Shown here: in pieces, positions 1 through 13,161 of the stretch | Position numbering within the stretch: the first letter of the stretch is position 1 | Layout: every line of letters begins with the position of its first letter | NCBI GenBank assembly: GCA_050084515.1 | Contig: CM114271.1 | Location: forward strand, 9,238,001-9,302,000 | Reading direction: 5' to 3' | Source of the DNA: Blasia pusilla | Lineage: Eukaryota | DNA: 64,000 nt | The notes under the pieces: model-generated | The model's input: the letters and a program-made list of their open reading frames with translations, nothing else | Database searches by the model: none | Told to the model about the DNA's origin: nothing | Made by a program: the position numbers and the translations under genes

Positions 1-396
1 CAGACTAGCATCGTGGCCGCACCACGGGCAGAACCACACAACATACAACGCAAACCTGCATGAACTACTACTAAGCTCGGATCTACTGTACCATCAATGT
101 TAGGAAGGTGACATGGCGCACAATTACGCACATGGTCCTTCCATACCATACCATCGCGTCCCTCCAGCAAGAGAACACCCGATGGAAAAATGTCACGTAC
201 TCTCAGGATAGTGCGCCCTGCAGTCACATCCAACATCGTCGGTGCCGTCTGCTGCAAATAGACATAATCTCCCTGATGAAACCTCTGGATAGTTGGTCGA
301 TAACCACCACCTCGAATAGTCGCATACCTCAACGTATCCCGATGCTGTGCAATCGCCAAGTTTTCGAACGCCATGGGCATCACTCTCAGAAATAAC

Positions 397-1258
397 TCAG
401 CCCTCAGAATATATCTTCGCAATCGAACTGAATCCCTTGACGTATCGCCGATAGAAGTTCGCCAATCCCATGAATGCGCAAACACGGCTCACATCTGTAG
501 GGCGTGGAATGCGTGAGATAGCCTCTACCTTCGTCTGCTGAACACCAAGGCCCCCTGGGTATATCGTATGACCCAAGTACTCAATCTGGTCGTAGAAGAA
601 CTTGCACTTGCCTGGATGTAGCTTCAACCCATGTAATTGCAATCGTCGAAACACCTCCTCTAGATGTTGCTCATGCTCCTCAACCGTGGCGCTAAAGACT
701 ACGATGTCATCAATATAACACCTAGCAAAATCCAGACCAGCCAAGATCCTATCCATGACCCCTCGAAACTCAGACGGGCGTTCTTTAACCCAAATGGTAA
801 GAACCGCCACTTTGGTACAAACAATCCTTCCGTGAGGATCGATGCCCCAAAATGCCGTCTTTCGCCTTTTGTCTTCCAATCGATAGGCAGGCGGTTGATG
901 GTATCCTCGCAAATCAATGAATTGAAGACCTTTGCATGACCAATCGCATCAAAGATCTCCTCAGGGGTGGGCATGGCATACCTATCGGACTTCGTGCGCG
1001 ATTGATAGGTCGGTAATCCCCACACATCCGCCTATCCGTCCAGTTGCCATGCACATCCTTCTTGGCGGGCATGACAGTGGCAGATGCATACTCCCCATGC
1101 GACATCTCTACTAGTCCTGCTCCGACCAAGTCTTGGCTCCTACTCTGAATCAAAGCCCTCTCCATATCACTGTACCTGTAGGGTCGTCGGAAGATCGGCA
1201 TATCACTCGACAACTCAATGCGGATCCCCGGTCCCTTCAGCGTACCCAAATCCTCCAT
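397..1258 (-). pseudogene. Gypsy reverse transcriptase, frameshifted
   Basis: RRPYRYS...SATVMPAKKD...RMCGDYRPIN, KTAF, YIDD catalytic motif, FMGLANFYRRYVKGFSSIA, split over three frames. Confidence 0.93.
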
Positions 1259-4200
1259 GCTAAACGCGCAGCGGCTCCTATAACTCGAGGAATCGATGTA
1301 TTCGGCGCCGCTCTCCTCCTGTCAACTTAGGGCCCATATCTGGCTCCCAAGTCTCCATCGTGACTACGGTAGGACTCTCCGGCGTGGGTATCGGTGGTTG
1401 CTATGGTGCAACCCCGTCTGGAACAACAACACTCGACCACTCTCCTACAGCCAACTGCAAACTCTGATCTCCTCCACGTGCAGTGCCCGAAACCACGCTC
1501 GATGTTGTGGCTATCATCTCCTTGCGTACCTTCAAAACATCCCAAGAAGTCCAAGGGTGTCTCTCCCGATCTCCCTTGGTGCGTAGATCTCCTCGGGTCT
1601 CGCCCCCAGCCACTGCCTCCACCGTCTCGGTAGGCATGGGGCTCACCAACGCAACCGTTGTGATCTGTCGCGATCTCATACGACGCCGCTCACCACTCCC
1701 AGGCGAGGATCCATGTCAAGCAGTTCAGGTCCATCGCCTAACCCAAGACATGGCGTCGTGATGCCTCTGACACTGATGGTACTGCCGTCACTCCTGTGGG
1801 AAATCCCATCGCTTGCTCTCTCTTGTCGGCGTTGGGCTCCACCAACCGCTGAACCTGGTCATCCCAAAACCAAGCCAGGACCGGCCTCCTTGTATGCATA
1901 GGAAGCGGAAAACTCACAACGTGGGCAAGGCGCCCGCGCCTGGCTTACCTCACTGTTGACTACGGTCGGTGGTGGTCGATCATCGTGCCTCACCGTCTGT
2001 GATCGGCGACTGGATCGAATGGAATCCACTAACAAAGGGAGGGGCGCCCACTCTGATACGCCCTCCATAACACCGCATGGGGCACCAAGTTGGTCCACCA
2101 TAGACGCGACGATGGGCTCTAGAACCTACACTCGCCGCATCCAAGAACAACTGGGCGATCCAGGCATGCACTGATGAGCACTCGTCACGACCCGTGACAC
2201 GAGTCTCTAAGATCGGCACATTCTCGAATGTAGGTCGGAGAACGAGATCGGTGCTCCCTGCAATCGCTGTAAGACCCTCAACATCTCCCAAAACAACTTT
2301 GCACGAGTGTCGCCCAACCCGCTGCCTCGTCCAAACTCGATTGGCCCCGATATGCCCAACCGAAATGACCAAATCAATGGTCCCTACCGCTCTAAGTCCT
2401 GCGCCCCAACAACAAAATATCCTCGGTAGGGAACTCGGTACCCTTCAGATCGCTGGACGCTTTGAACAATAAGTCGGGAAAACGAGGCGTAATTGCGCCA
2501 CATATCGTAGTGAGACGCCTCGCAACATCATCACTCTCCACATACAAATCCTTTGCACTCGCACTCGCTTGCAAAACAAAGAAACTAACCCGGTGCTAAT
2601 CCCTCCAAAGAGATCTAACACTCGAATACACTCCCCGCTACCTCGGGTTCCTCGAAATCACGCTCTGGTGCAAACGCCTCGCTCCACGCGGTCTGCACGT
2701 GCGCATGTGCCAATCGTTGAAGCTCCTCAGTCGAGCCCCATAGCGGCATCTCTCCTCCACGGAATGATGCAGCTACCATAACACTCCTCTCCATAGAAAT
2801 GTCAGGAACGGGAGTATCCTCTGCATGGACATGTCCCTCAATCAAATCACTAGGCCAAGTGATGGCACCGCTAAATCCGCTAAGGTCGCCATCTCTCGGC
2901 CGTTGCTCGATCATCGCACTCGTGAATCGAACGGGTAATGAGCTAAGGCGCCCATCACCTGATCGCCATCTGGTGCAGAGGGCCGACTCCTCCTAGTAAT
3001 CCAGGGAAAACCCCGTCGGGTGTAACACTGCTCCACCAACCAAGACGTCGTAGGACTCAGCATCAGTCACTATCGCCTTGGCGCACGCCACGGACTCATC
3101 TGTAGGATGTCCTGGGCGAATCCTCACCACGACCTCCTGTCGGGTGATATACTGTGTGGTACTCGCTCCACCCAAGGATGTAGTATCCAAAATGGACAAC
3201 ACTCCACATCGGCTCTCGTCAAGCCCAATCCTCTGAATGACGCTTTCCCCAACATCAAGGGTTGCGCTCCTGAATCCAACAAGACACGCTGCGGACTAAA
3301 AGCTCTACCTCCAGGACTTACCAACTGGAAGACCTCTCCTCGATTATCCAGCAACACAACACCAGGAGAAGCCATGGCACGCTCTATCGCGGGTCTAGCG
3401 AGCATCTCTGCCATCCTAGCAGCCGCAGCCTGCCATGAATCTGACGTGGACGGCCCAAGCATCCGCTCCATGGGCAGGTCCATCACCTCCTCTGCAATCA
3501 CCTCTGAACGTGATGCAGGAACTCCAACTCCGCGCTCACATAGTGAAGCGGCCAGCCGAAAAGCCTCGGCGGGCGTACCTCCCAACGTCACAACATCGGA
3601 AGCAGAAAATAAAGGAGTGCGGTACACAACGGTGGCCGCCCCCAACAACGTGCTCGACACATGCCCCTCCTGAGCATCAACAATAGGAGTCGTCACACTT
3701 GCTTCTCCCATCGCCCTCCGTGTTTGCACACCAACAACATTACCAACTCTCCAGGAACTTTGATGAGGACCCATCGATGGGGTCCTCATCGCTTCGGACT
3801 ACGTGAAAGATTGAGGAAGCCTGTAGTGCATCTCATCGGCTTCCCCTCGATGTGGATCCAACTCTGCGGCTACTCCACACGTCACAACTGCGGCGGCCTC
3901 CATCTGGGCAACCCCGCACATCCATCCAGGATCCTCCAGATCTCTGGCTGCTCCATATGATGTCGATGCCACGGATACGGCATCGGGTAACCTCAATGCC
4001 ATAGCGGCAATCTGCTCCTGTAGCTGTTGTATCTGAGTAGCCATCCCAGCCTCACGTCCGGCATCTCCCTCGGCGCGTCTAGGTGGTGGTACTCTACCTC
4101 CTCCACGGGCAGCTCCACCACCCTGTCGGGCAACTCCAACTCCTCGTCCCCCAACGGGACCACCTGGAGCACGATCTCTAGGCCCACCCGGACCGACTAC

Positions 4201-5382
4201 TCGCTCTGGTGCCCTCTCTGGCCCTCGGTCCAGACGTAACTCATGATGTAAACTAAAACATCTCGCGCGTGTATGACCATACCTCTGACAATAGTCACAT
4301 TGATAACCTCCTGGTGCAGCACCATCTCCTCCTCCATGCTGAGGCACACGTCCATGACCCTGACGAGTGCAATCGCGCTAATGATGGGCTCCACCACATG
4401 ACCAACAAGTAATAGTAGGCGGCTGCTGCTGAGCCGCATATGAAGGCGCAAGTCTCTGTGGCACGGCCTCTCGGTATCCTCCCTAAGCTCGTGGTGCCAC
4501 AGTCAACCTATCTCGGAGTCCACGTTCTTTGCCGCAGGTGGTGCGAGACAATCGTGGATCGCTCTCGCCAGAACCCATGGTGGCTACGCTCTCCTCCGCC
4601 ATGTTGCGCTTAATGTTCTCGGCGGTCCTAAAAACATCTCTCAACGTAGGGGAGGTGTTCATAAGAAGCACCCCCTCCCACACCCGTATCCGCAGGGTCC
4701 GGTCCAGCATCGCATACCATGACTGGATAGCCTGAGCCTCTGTCACCCCCTGAGTGACGTTGATCAATCGGCGCAAGCGAGTGTAAGCCTCACGCAAACT
4801 CTCACCCGAGCGCCTCTGGAAGTCGTGGATGCTCCGCAACTTCTCCGTCCATACCCCTTGGTAGCTCGCCCTCAACTCAGCAAAGAACTCAACCACAGGG
4901 TTGAACCTGGGACGAACCCGACTAGACGGTGCAACTGCTCCCGTGCGAGTGACCCCTCCTAAAACGTCACAAGTGGAAGAGGCAGTAGCCTCTCCTGACT
5001 CCTCCTCCTCATCTGGGAACGGCTCCGTCCATGACACATAATGTGGGTCATAGTAGAGCCTCCACGCCTCGATCTCACATGCATATCTCTGAGAGAACTC
5101 ATGGTAATCGTCCATGGGCGCCCCCTCTAAATGCTAGAACATACCGTTCCATGCTGTAAACGGGTTGAACTCTCTAGAGTTCCTGGCCCGCTCGGAGTCG
5201 CACCAACTCCTAAACTCTGCTATAAAATCGTGCAACTCAATCGTGCCTACTGCACCTGAAAACCTACGCGGTCCTCTACCCCGGTCGTCCATCTCGTACG
5301 CCCAACTGGTAGGACCACTCACAATGTGTGGCGATGTGCTCACAAACTCCTCTACACCCTCCCCCTTGTCTGACGATGACAC
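397..5382 (-). mobile_element. Degenerate Ty3/gypsy LTR retrotransposon internal region (gag, zinc knuckle, protease, RT), truncated at RT/RNase H
   Basis: Minus-strand ORF pieces in gypsy order: gag-like 4483-5382 (QRRSGESLREAYTRLRRL), CCHC knuckle CDYCQRYGHTRARC (~4250-4300), protease VLLDSGA (3124-3789), RT RMCGDYRPIN and CYIDDIVVFS...LHPGKC (397-1258). Many frameshifts. Confidence 0.92.
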
Positions 5383-6728
5383 AGAAGGAGGTCGAGGTGG
5401 TCCCTCACGTGGAGACCCTCGAAACCTCGCGCCACTCCGCGTAAAACCTCTAGAGCTACTCTCGGGTTCACCACCTCGCCTCTCAAAGTCCCGAACAAAC
5501 TCCGTGATGACCCTCGTGCCCCTCTCACCCGATCACTCTAAACCTCGTGAGGAATCCCTCAATCACTCATCCCAAACATGCGGCACTCGATCTACACTCT
5601 CTCTCCGCGAGACGTGTAACGTGCGGCAACACGCGGCGTGGTGCGGCAAATCGACGAGGCTATCATCTCATCGACAACCTACCCTCAACTCCGGACATCC
5701 CACACAGGTCTATGTCCCCTAAACCACATACATAAATGATGCTCTCAGCATCCACACACCCAATATCCCCAAATAAATCCCAGAATCCCTCACACGTGCA
5801 GGGTAAAGGACCAGAATGGGTAACCTGAACACATGTCGATGTCGCTCCTCAAAGAATGGCAAATCTCGACCCCAACTCGATCGTGGAGACAACTCCTCCA
5901 ATCAGCAAGTCATACTCCTCCCATACGATGCTGCTCAAAACTCCTCGATAGACAAAGTGCGGTCCCGGCCGAACGATCGCGGCGTTGCGGCGACGCGGGC
6001 GGCTCGAACGGCACGGCCCTCGATGGTGGGATGCGGCACTCAGCGGCATACCCTCCTCAATCAATAATAATCCCACACTCTGCTCCACAGTGACGGTGCG
6101 GCTCCGTGATCGAGATGGTGCGGTGCGGCCATGAGCGGCACGGTGCGGCAATCAGCGGCGAGTTGCGGCTACGGGCGTCACGGCATGATACTCAATCGTC
6201 GTCGAGCGGCTACCAATCACAACATAGCAACATGAAATCAAAACTCAAACACCATAACTGGAGGTCATCTACCTTCACTGGTTGATGAAGAAACAGCGAT
6301 GACGGTGGCGGCCAAAACAAAGTACGTGGTGGCGACGCAAGTCAAGGAATCAATGAACGTCATGGAAGACCCTCCACTCCATAATGGCGGCAATAGCACC
6401 CACAGGGTGGACAATGGACGGTGGACCCTTGACAGTGACGGTTGACCGCTGATGGTGACGGCCGACCGATGATGGTGACGGTTGACCGTCGACCGTTGAC
6501 GGTGACTATGATGGCGACGGCCGCCGCCGGTGTGGCGGCTGATTTAGGGTTTGCACGATTTAACCCTAAAAATCGCCTAGCAATGGCAGCTTTACAAGAT
6601 TGCCCATAACGTTTTGCTCGCAACTCCAAATTGTGCATTGTTTGTTGCACAGCGTGCACAGCTTCACGATCTACGCTACCATCAAAAAATACTCAGAATC
6701 GGACATTTTAGTAAAAACTGACGGGGAC

Positions 6729-7595
6729 TGTCGTAAAGCCCAATGTCTCTTTCTCCTACACAAAATTTGCCAGCGCTCCCGCGCTGATTTCTCCCAACAA
6801 AAATGTAACATCTGTAAAAATACATATCAGCAAGCTACATGGTGCTCCCGAGAGCACCAGCATGGGGCAACCCGCCCCTATACTCAATCTCTATCAGAAA
6901 TTGGGCAGCGCTTCCGCGCGCCACTCTTCCACACGAAAAATCGGCAAATGCAAAGAGTAATGAAAGCAGCCCTTGCTCCGGTGAGCACTCCCATGAGCCG
7001 CTGAACGGGGAACACGGTCGCCAACCTGCAAAAACAGCGAGTGACCAGCGAGCTCCCCCATGAAGCTCTCTCACTCTCTCATTGTAAAGTAAGATCTAAT
7101 CTCTCTCTCCACCATCTCACACCATAGCTCTCAAAGGTGTGCACTCTCTCTCATGTCAAACCAAACCCACTCTCCTAATGAGAGGCTTGGGTTACACTCA
7201 CAAGGCAAGGTACCATAGCTCCCGCCTCATGCCAAGAGGTTCAACAAAAGAGAATGAACTCTCAAGCTCTCTCTCCTTGAGGTATACCCCTCTCCTCTCC
7301 CAAGCTCTCTCCATGGTAACCTATTCTCCCAAGTCACCTCCTTGGCTCTTGACCTGATGTAGGAGGTCAAGGGCCACTTACCAAAAATAGTAAGTCGATC
7401 ATATACTCAAAATGGTACTTACCTAAAATAGTAAGTTCCTCAATATGGCTCCAAATGAGCCGAAACGAAGGGAAAACCTGCTATCTCAGGTTTCCAAGGG
7501 CCTCAGCAGGTCACCCTCGACCTATTGGGCGTGTCCTCCACTACTCATGAAGGCGCTCTATTAGATCCCACCGATCTATCCTAAAAGACGTGACA
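6729..7595. repeat. Probable LTR (TGTCG...GTGACA)
   Basis: TG...CA ends with a short inverted match. Parts recur at ~32810-33010 (same orientation) and ~34070-34480 (inverted). It abuts the truncated gag on its right. Left boundary and orientation are uncertain. Confidence 0.55.
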
Positions 7596-8728
7596 GTACC
7601 TTCAACTCAGCCATTTGTTTACTGAGTTCCTTCATGGCCGACTTGCCGGCCTTCCTTGCCGTCCCTCTCACCTTTGGACTTTTCGACCGGCGAGGGGGAC
7701 GCTTAGTGCTTGGTCGGGTTTTGTTACGGTGCTTGGGGAGCGATGATGCTCGCTCTTCCCTTTCCTTTTAGCTTTTACCTCCGCTCGAAGTCCGAGGACT
7801 CGCATTTAATCCTCCTAGAGGATTCCGTGTCTGTGGAGGACGCTTCGTCTTCAGACGAAGCACTAGTCTGCGACGCCCCTCTCCGTTGGTGACGCCGTGT
7901 TCGTGTTCGGCGGGACTTTTCTGAGGCTTCGTACGCCTCAGCGGAGGCTATGACCGCCTCCAGGGAATCCCGTTGGCCTCTCCGGCAATACCAATCCATT
8001 TCTTTGGACAAGCCGGACACGAACCAATCTACCAATTGGGAGGTAGTCGTGTGCTCCAGCTTATTCACAAGGCTCCGAAACCTTTGGGTATATTCCCGGA
8101 GGGTCTCCTTCTTTCTTCGCTTCAAGTCGCGAAGCTTTGTAAGAAGCCTGTCCTCGAACTCCAAGTCGCGGAACTCATGTAGGAAGGATTCCAAGACCCT
8201 TTTCCAGGTTTCCGTGACTTCTGCTCCGAGACCTTTGTACCACTGGCTTGCTCGCTTCTTGAGCAGGCCTGAAAAGACTCGTAACAAATCCTCCTCTGCC
8301 CCTTCCCCGTTGGCTTTTGCGACATGGGTGAATTCAAGAACAAAGTTATCCACATCATCTCGTCATCCCCCAGCAAAGGTGGGGTACCTTAGCAGAGTTT
8401 TTCTAGTGTTGGCCATGGGAACTGCTCTCCTGCTGGCTCCCGGGCTTGATGCTCGAGAGGGAGGAGGTAAAGGTGCCGCCCGAGGTGCTCTAATCGGCTC
8501 CTCGCTCCCTGACTCCCCAAAGGGGTCCCAGGACGACTCTTCGTCCGACTGCGAACTGGTAGGGGACGTAGTGGAGAATTTGTCCCTTTCTTTCTTCTTG
8601 CTCTTCGCCTTCGGAAGAGGACGAAGACTTGGAGACGAACCAGGCGGTCTCCAAGCCGGTTGCTGTTCCTCTTGCTTACTGCGCCGATCGGCTCGCTGCT
8701 CTTGCGAAGAGGGCCGAGAGCCTTCCAT
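7596..8728 (-). pseudogene. Retrotransposon gag (Athila-like gypsy), truncated at 7595
   Basis: ORFs 8363-8728 and 7775-8353: YPTFAGG, LKKRASQWY...TWKRVLESFLHEF...ETLREYTQRF retrotransposon-gag motifs. Confidence 0.85.
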
Positions 8729-9160
8729 AAGTCTCTTGTGGGATTTGGCAACTTGCGTTCACCCCCACGGTGGCGATAGGGTAAGGGTCCATGGAGGGAG
8801 GTTAACTACTGATTCTTTTTACATCTATAGGAGGGTGCCTGGTGCTCCTACGCTTCCTGCCAGGTTTTCCTCCCATAAACAAAAGTACCGGGTTTTCACC
8901 AAGTACAACTATCGTCCATGGGCGAAGCACCGTTCGGCGACTGGTTCTTTGACCATTCTAATTAGTTGGTCTATCTTCTCTAGCACCAATGCAGCAAATA
9001 TATTGTTATCTTCTAGCATACATTGTCTTACGGGGGTCGCTAGAGCTAGCCGATGGTCTTTAGTAAGAACTAGATTGTGGGGTCGTCTAGGGGCGAAGCT
9101 TCTTTCTCCGCTCCCGGCTTCCCCATGGGTCTTTCTCTCCCTTCTCAGCCAAGGATATGA

Positions 9161-9178
9161 TCCCCGGAAGCGGCGCCA
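9161..9178 (-). promoter_or_regulatory. Primer binding site, tRNA-Asp type
   Basis: Minus strand TGGCGCCGCTTCCGGGGA, near-complementary to the plant tRNA-Asp 3' end, lying between the LTR and gag. Confidence 0.75.
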
Positions 9179-9195
9179 AAAAGTCTTCGACTATA

Positions 9196-10365
9196 TGTAA
9201 TGTCTAAGTGTTTCTTATTTACAGTCAATTGTAGAGTTCGATCCCCAAGAGGATCATTGTTGGATGAAAAGAGAGTATAAAGTGATTATTATGTTGTAAA
9301 AGTAGTGTGGTTGATTATGTAATTCAAATGTAGTATTCCAGTAACATCTTCTGATCCTTTTTAGTACCTATGTTTTCTTCTTCAATTCTCTCGAGTGGAA
9401 TTTAAAGTACGCTCAGGAAATTTGTTCTCTCGACATCTCGAAACCTCACAGAGACCTCAAGAATAAAGTTGGCTTCTCCTACTTTCGGAACTTAATCCGT
9501 CTGGGCAGGTTACTCTCTGTCAAACAGATTTCATACAACTCTATGTTGATTATTCCATTGATGAGAAAGGTTCGCCTGATTCATTCGTCTTAACTCGGCA
9601 GACCCAAAAAGAATATTCAGACATAAGCATCGCACATTAGAATGAATGAATGAGTGCTTTACTACTCCATCAAGAATTGGAAGACTTCAAAGTATATACA
9701 AGCTCGAGAGGGTACAACTCTCTTGCTCGGACCATTCCTACAGCATAAGGACTTCATGAGCGAATGATAATGATAGCTTCTGTCCTGTTTCTTAAATATT
9801 CTCGAGAGTAGGAGCGTTTCTATGATCCGAATCGTTCTTGATGAAGTTGGTGTCTCTTCAATATCTGTAACTACCTAGATCTATGGTGTGCGTTCCTTTT
9901 CCTATGATCCCTGTGAATCCGTGGTACAAAACTGTTCTAACTACCAATTTGATACAAAAGGTCGCGCCCCTTCCTAGTCTAATTGTTTTAACTATGTGCC
10001 GGTTCGAATCACAATCATGCTGAGCTTCGCTGCGCTAAATTTCCGGAGGACGAAGTTCTTCATTCTTCATTCTCTTCTTGCTTTGCTCTTCGTGCTTCGG
10101 TTAAGAGCGAAGTGCCCGATATCTGAGCCGTTAAGCCGTTAAGCTTAGCGTTGATCCTTTATACGCCGTTACGGCTTTTGATTCTCCTCTAAGGCAAATC
10201 CTTGATCTTCCATCTCTCTGCCTTGTCTTAGGAGCTTCGTGATTCACTTGAATCTTATTCGTTCTTCTCCATAATTGCATATAATAATCCAAACCATAAT
10301 GTACAAGAGTCTTTGTTCAATAAAAAGATACATTTCTTCCAAAGTACAAAATTGTGGGTATCACA
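9196..10365 (-). repeat. 5' LTR of the Athila-like element (~1.17 kb)
   Basis: Minus strand TGTGATACCCAC...CATTACA. Homologous copies at 35063-36277 and 37509-38792. Followed by the PBS and gag. Confidence 0.88.
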
Positions 10366-10849
10366 AGGCTCAATTCCTGTACTATAATTTCAATTATATT
10401 TTAATGATGTGTATAATGAGAGTCAATCAGGTTTTTTTGTCCGTGAGCAACTCGTCGGAAGGCGACAGTTCTTTGGCTTAAGCGACCCATGCTCGGTGAG
10501 AGCAACCCGTCGGTTTCGGACGGGTTGCATCTTTCCACATACTGAGGAAAACGCGGTGTACTTGCAACCCGTCGGAACCCGACGGGTTGCGATTGCTTTT
10601 GCTTTTTCGATTGATTTTGGTTTTGGATGCAACTCGCCGATAGCGACGGGTTGCTCGGCGAGCATGGGCTGCTCTAGGCCAAAGCAACCCGTCGCCTTCC
10701 GCGAGTTGCTCACGGACAAAAACAACGGAGCCCGACGGGTTGTTTTGTCAACCCGTCGGGCTCGGCTGAGTTGATCAAAGTCGATTATTGAAAATGTTCT
10801 CAAGCGAATTCTTTAGTTTCGACATTGTTTCCAACGTCTTTGATTCTAG

Positions 10850-12151
10850 ATGGACCACTCCCTCGCTCTTCGCCCGTTCGCCCAAGCACAATTTCAGGTG
10901 TTCAAGATCCAGGATCCTGTGGATCCATGCTCGATGGGTGCAGCTTAGATAGTTTGTACAATTTCCCGGAATTTACATGCAAGACAAGATACCCCACTTC
11001 GGGAGGAAGGAAAAGTCGCCGACCACGATGCAAACGCTCATCGAGCTCTGCTCAAGGCCGGGTGACTTGGTGTTCGACTTAGTGGGACTTTCAGGGCAAG
11101 TATCAAAGGCGCTGGCAGAGTGGCGGGAACATTCGCCTCGAGGGAAGGCAGAATGTTTTGACCTTTGCAAGGAGGCAAAGCGAATCTGAAAGGCTCGTTG
11201 GGGCGTATAACTCTCCACGGCCGAGAGCTCGGTTCCGAGCCATCCTTGGTAGTGACTCCATCGTCACTTCCAACGATTTCCCAAAATCGGGAGGGCAAGG
11301 CCGAAAGTGATTTTGCAAGAGCTTTCGGACGATGACGAGTGAGTTAAAAGAACTCAACGACCCAAATTGACTGCAGCGTTTGGAGTAGGGATTTTTTTGA
11401 TAATGAGGCAAAAGATTTCATAGAATAGATCAAATGTACACTTCCGAGCTTTTTTGGATGATATAAAGCAGAAGATTTTTTCGATCGATGGTGGTGCTTG
11501 TAAATGTTTGCTGATCATTTTTTGTCTTTTCGAATGTGATCGTCTATGTACTCCACGGACTTCTATTTTGCAACCCGTCAGATTTCTCCTGCTTGCAACT
11601 TTCACTTTATGACCACTGCAACCCGTCGGATTTCTCCTCCTTGCAACTTTTCGCTTTTTCACCACTGCATCCTTTTTACCACCTCCAGGAAACCTATCTG
11701 ATTCCGACAGGTTGCGTGATCGGACCCTTTCCCTGTTGGTCCAACTTAAGAGGCAGTCTGGCGGGCTTCTTCCCTTGGCACCTTCCCCTCAACTCGTAAA
11801 GGTAGGCGTAGGCTTCTTTTCTTCTCTCAGACGTATTGGATTCCTTCTACGTGCGGTTGCCATAATGGTATTACCAGGGACGGAGCAGATATTGATACTG
11901 GATGGGTGTCACATTGCAGAGCGTACAAGGTATACTGCCGAGGAAGGCGGTGGGACTCGAGACAGGTTACATGGGACCGTTTTGGTGTACCTACGGGGGG
12001 GCCAAGGCTCTCGAATTCGCCAACATTTTTGATCCCCGTCTACAATCGGCCAGAGGAGCCACTTGAATCCCAGGACATTCCTTTGGTACTGTCACTAAGG
12101 AGAGTTAGGAGTAAATTTGTAGATGACGAGGCTGAAGAAATCATAGACTAG
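10850..12151 (+). pseudogene. 3' exons of ParB-MTase gene (SAM-binding part and terminal exon)
   Basis: KEKSPTTMQTLIELCSRPGDLVFDLVGLSG. Donor GA|GTGAGT at 11338/11339 and acceptor TTGCAG|A at 11919/11920 are phase-compatible. Ends RSKFVDDEAEEIID*. Confidence 0.7.
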
Positions 12152-13161
12152 GTCAAATGTCCATTTCCGAGGTTCCTTCGGAGGTAATGAAGGACGAGAT
12201 TTTTTCAACCCATAATGGTGTTTGTAAAAGTTTGCTGGAATATGTTTTTGGACTTGTGGATTGTGTTCTTTTAGCTACTCAGAATTACAATTCTGCAACC
12301 CGTATGATTCCGACTTTTTGCTTTTTGCCCACTGCAACTTTTTAACCATTTCCAGGCAACCTGTCGGATTCCGACAGGTTGACTGCTTGAGTGATTGGAC
12401 TCTATCCCGGTGAGACCAACTTCTGGCGCATTGTGGCGGGCTTCTTGACTTTTGGCTCGTTCCCCTTCATTCGTCCAACCAGTTGTAGGCTTCTTTTCTT
12501 GTCTAAGATGTGCAGGATTCCTACTACCTGTCGGATTGCCATTTCGGATTCCCAACCCGTTAGATCATCGTGGGTGCAGGGTGGAAGAAAATCACTTATA
12601 AAAATCTTTCCTTTCTTATGGTGAGCTTTCTTACGGGTTGGGAGGGGTGCAGCTTCTCCGTTTCTTAGCCTAAGGATCTGATTTGTTCACATTTCAGAAA
12701 GTTGGTCTTGAGCAGACACCATTCATAACCGACAGAAAGTTGGTTATGGGGCAATTTAGGGGAGGCCATGATGCAGGCAACAATCCTTGCAAAAAGAGAG
12801 CTACCCATCCGGGTGGTCCTCCAACAAAAATACCAAGGGCACTGCTTTTTGTTGACCGAGACAGGGAATGTTAAGAAACTTAGGCTCACATGGAGAGTGA
12901 TGGAAAAATGTTTAGGGTGGTCTTATGATGTCTCTTTTTTTCTCGCCCCCAGGAAAGAGGAGGTTTTTTTAGGGCCAAATGTGGACCACTAAATACTCTC
13001 TTCTAAAGATTTCCTGAATTTTAAAGCAAACAAAATTTTCAAATATGTCAAAAAATTTTGAAGAGAGGAGGCGGATTTGGGCTTTTTTTTTAAGAGAGAC
13101 TCTCCTCTCTTCCTCTCTTCCTCTCCTCTCTTACTCTCTCCTGTCAGAATACCAGCCCCCT

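Noticed and set aside
1260-3000. Extra gene between protease and RT of the gypsy element
   Set aside because: Only short overlapping GC-rich ORFs with no recognisable motif; I cannot support a call.
9157-9178. tRNA gene
   Set aside because: Only the 3' ~20 nt match tRNA-Asp; its position next to the LTR identifies it as a primer binding site.
7950-9200. 416 aa plus-strand ORF
   Set aside because: It is the antisense shadow of the gag gene, Ser-rich with no motifs.
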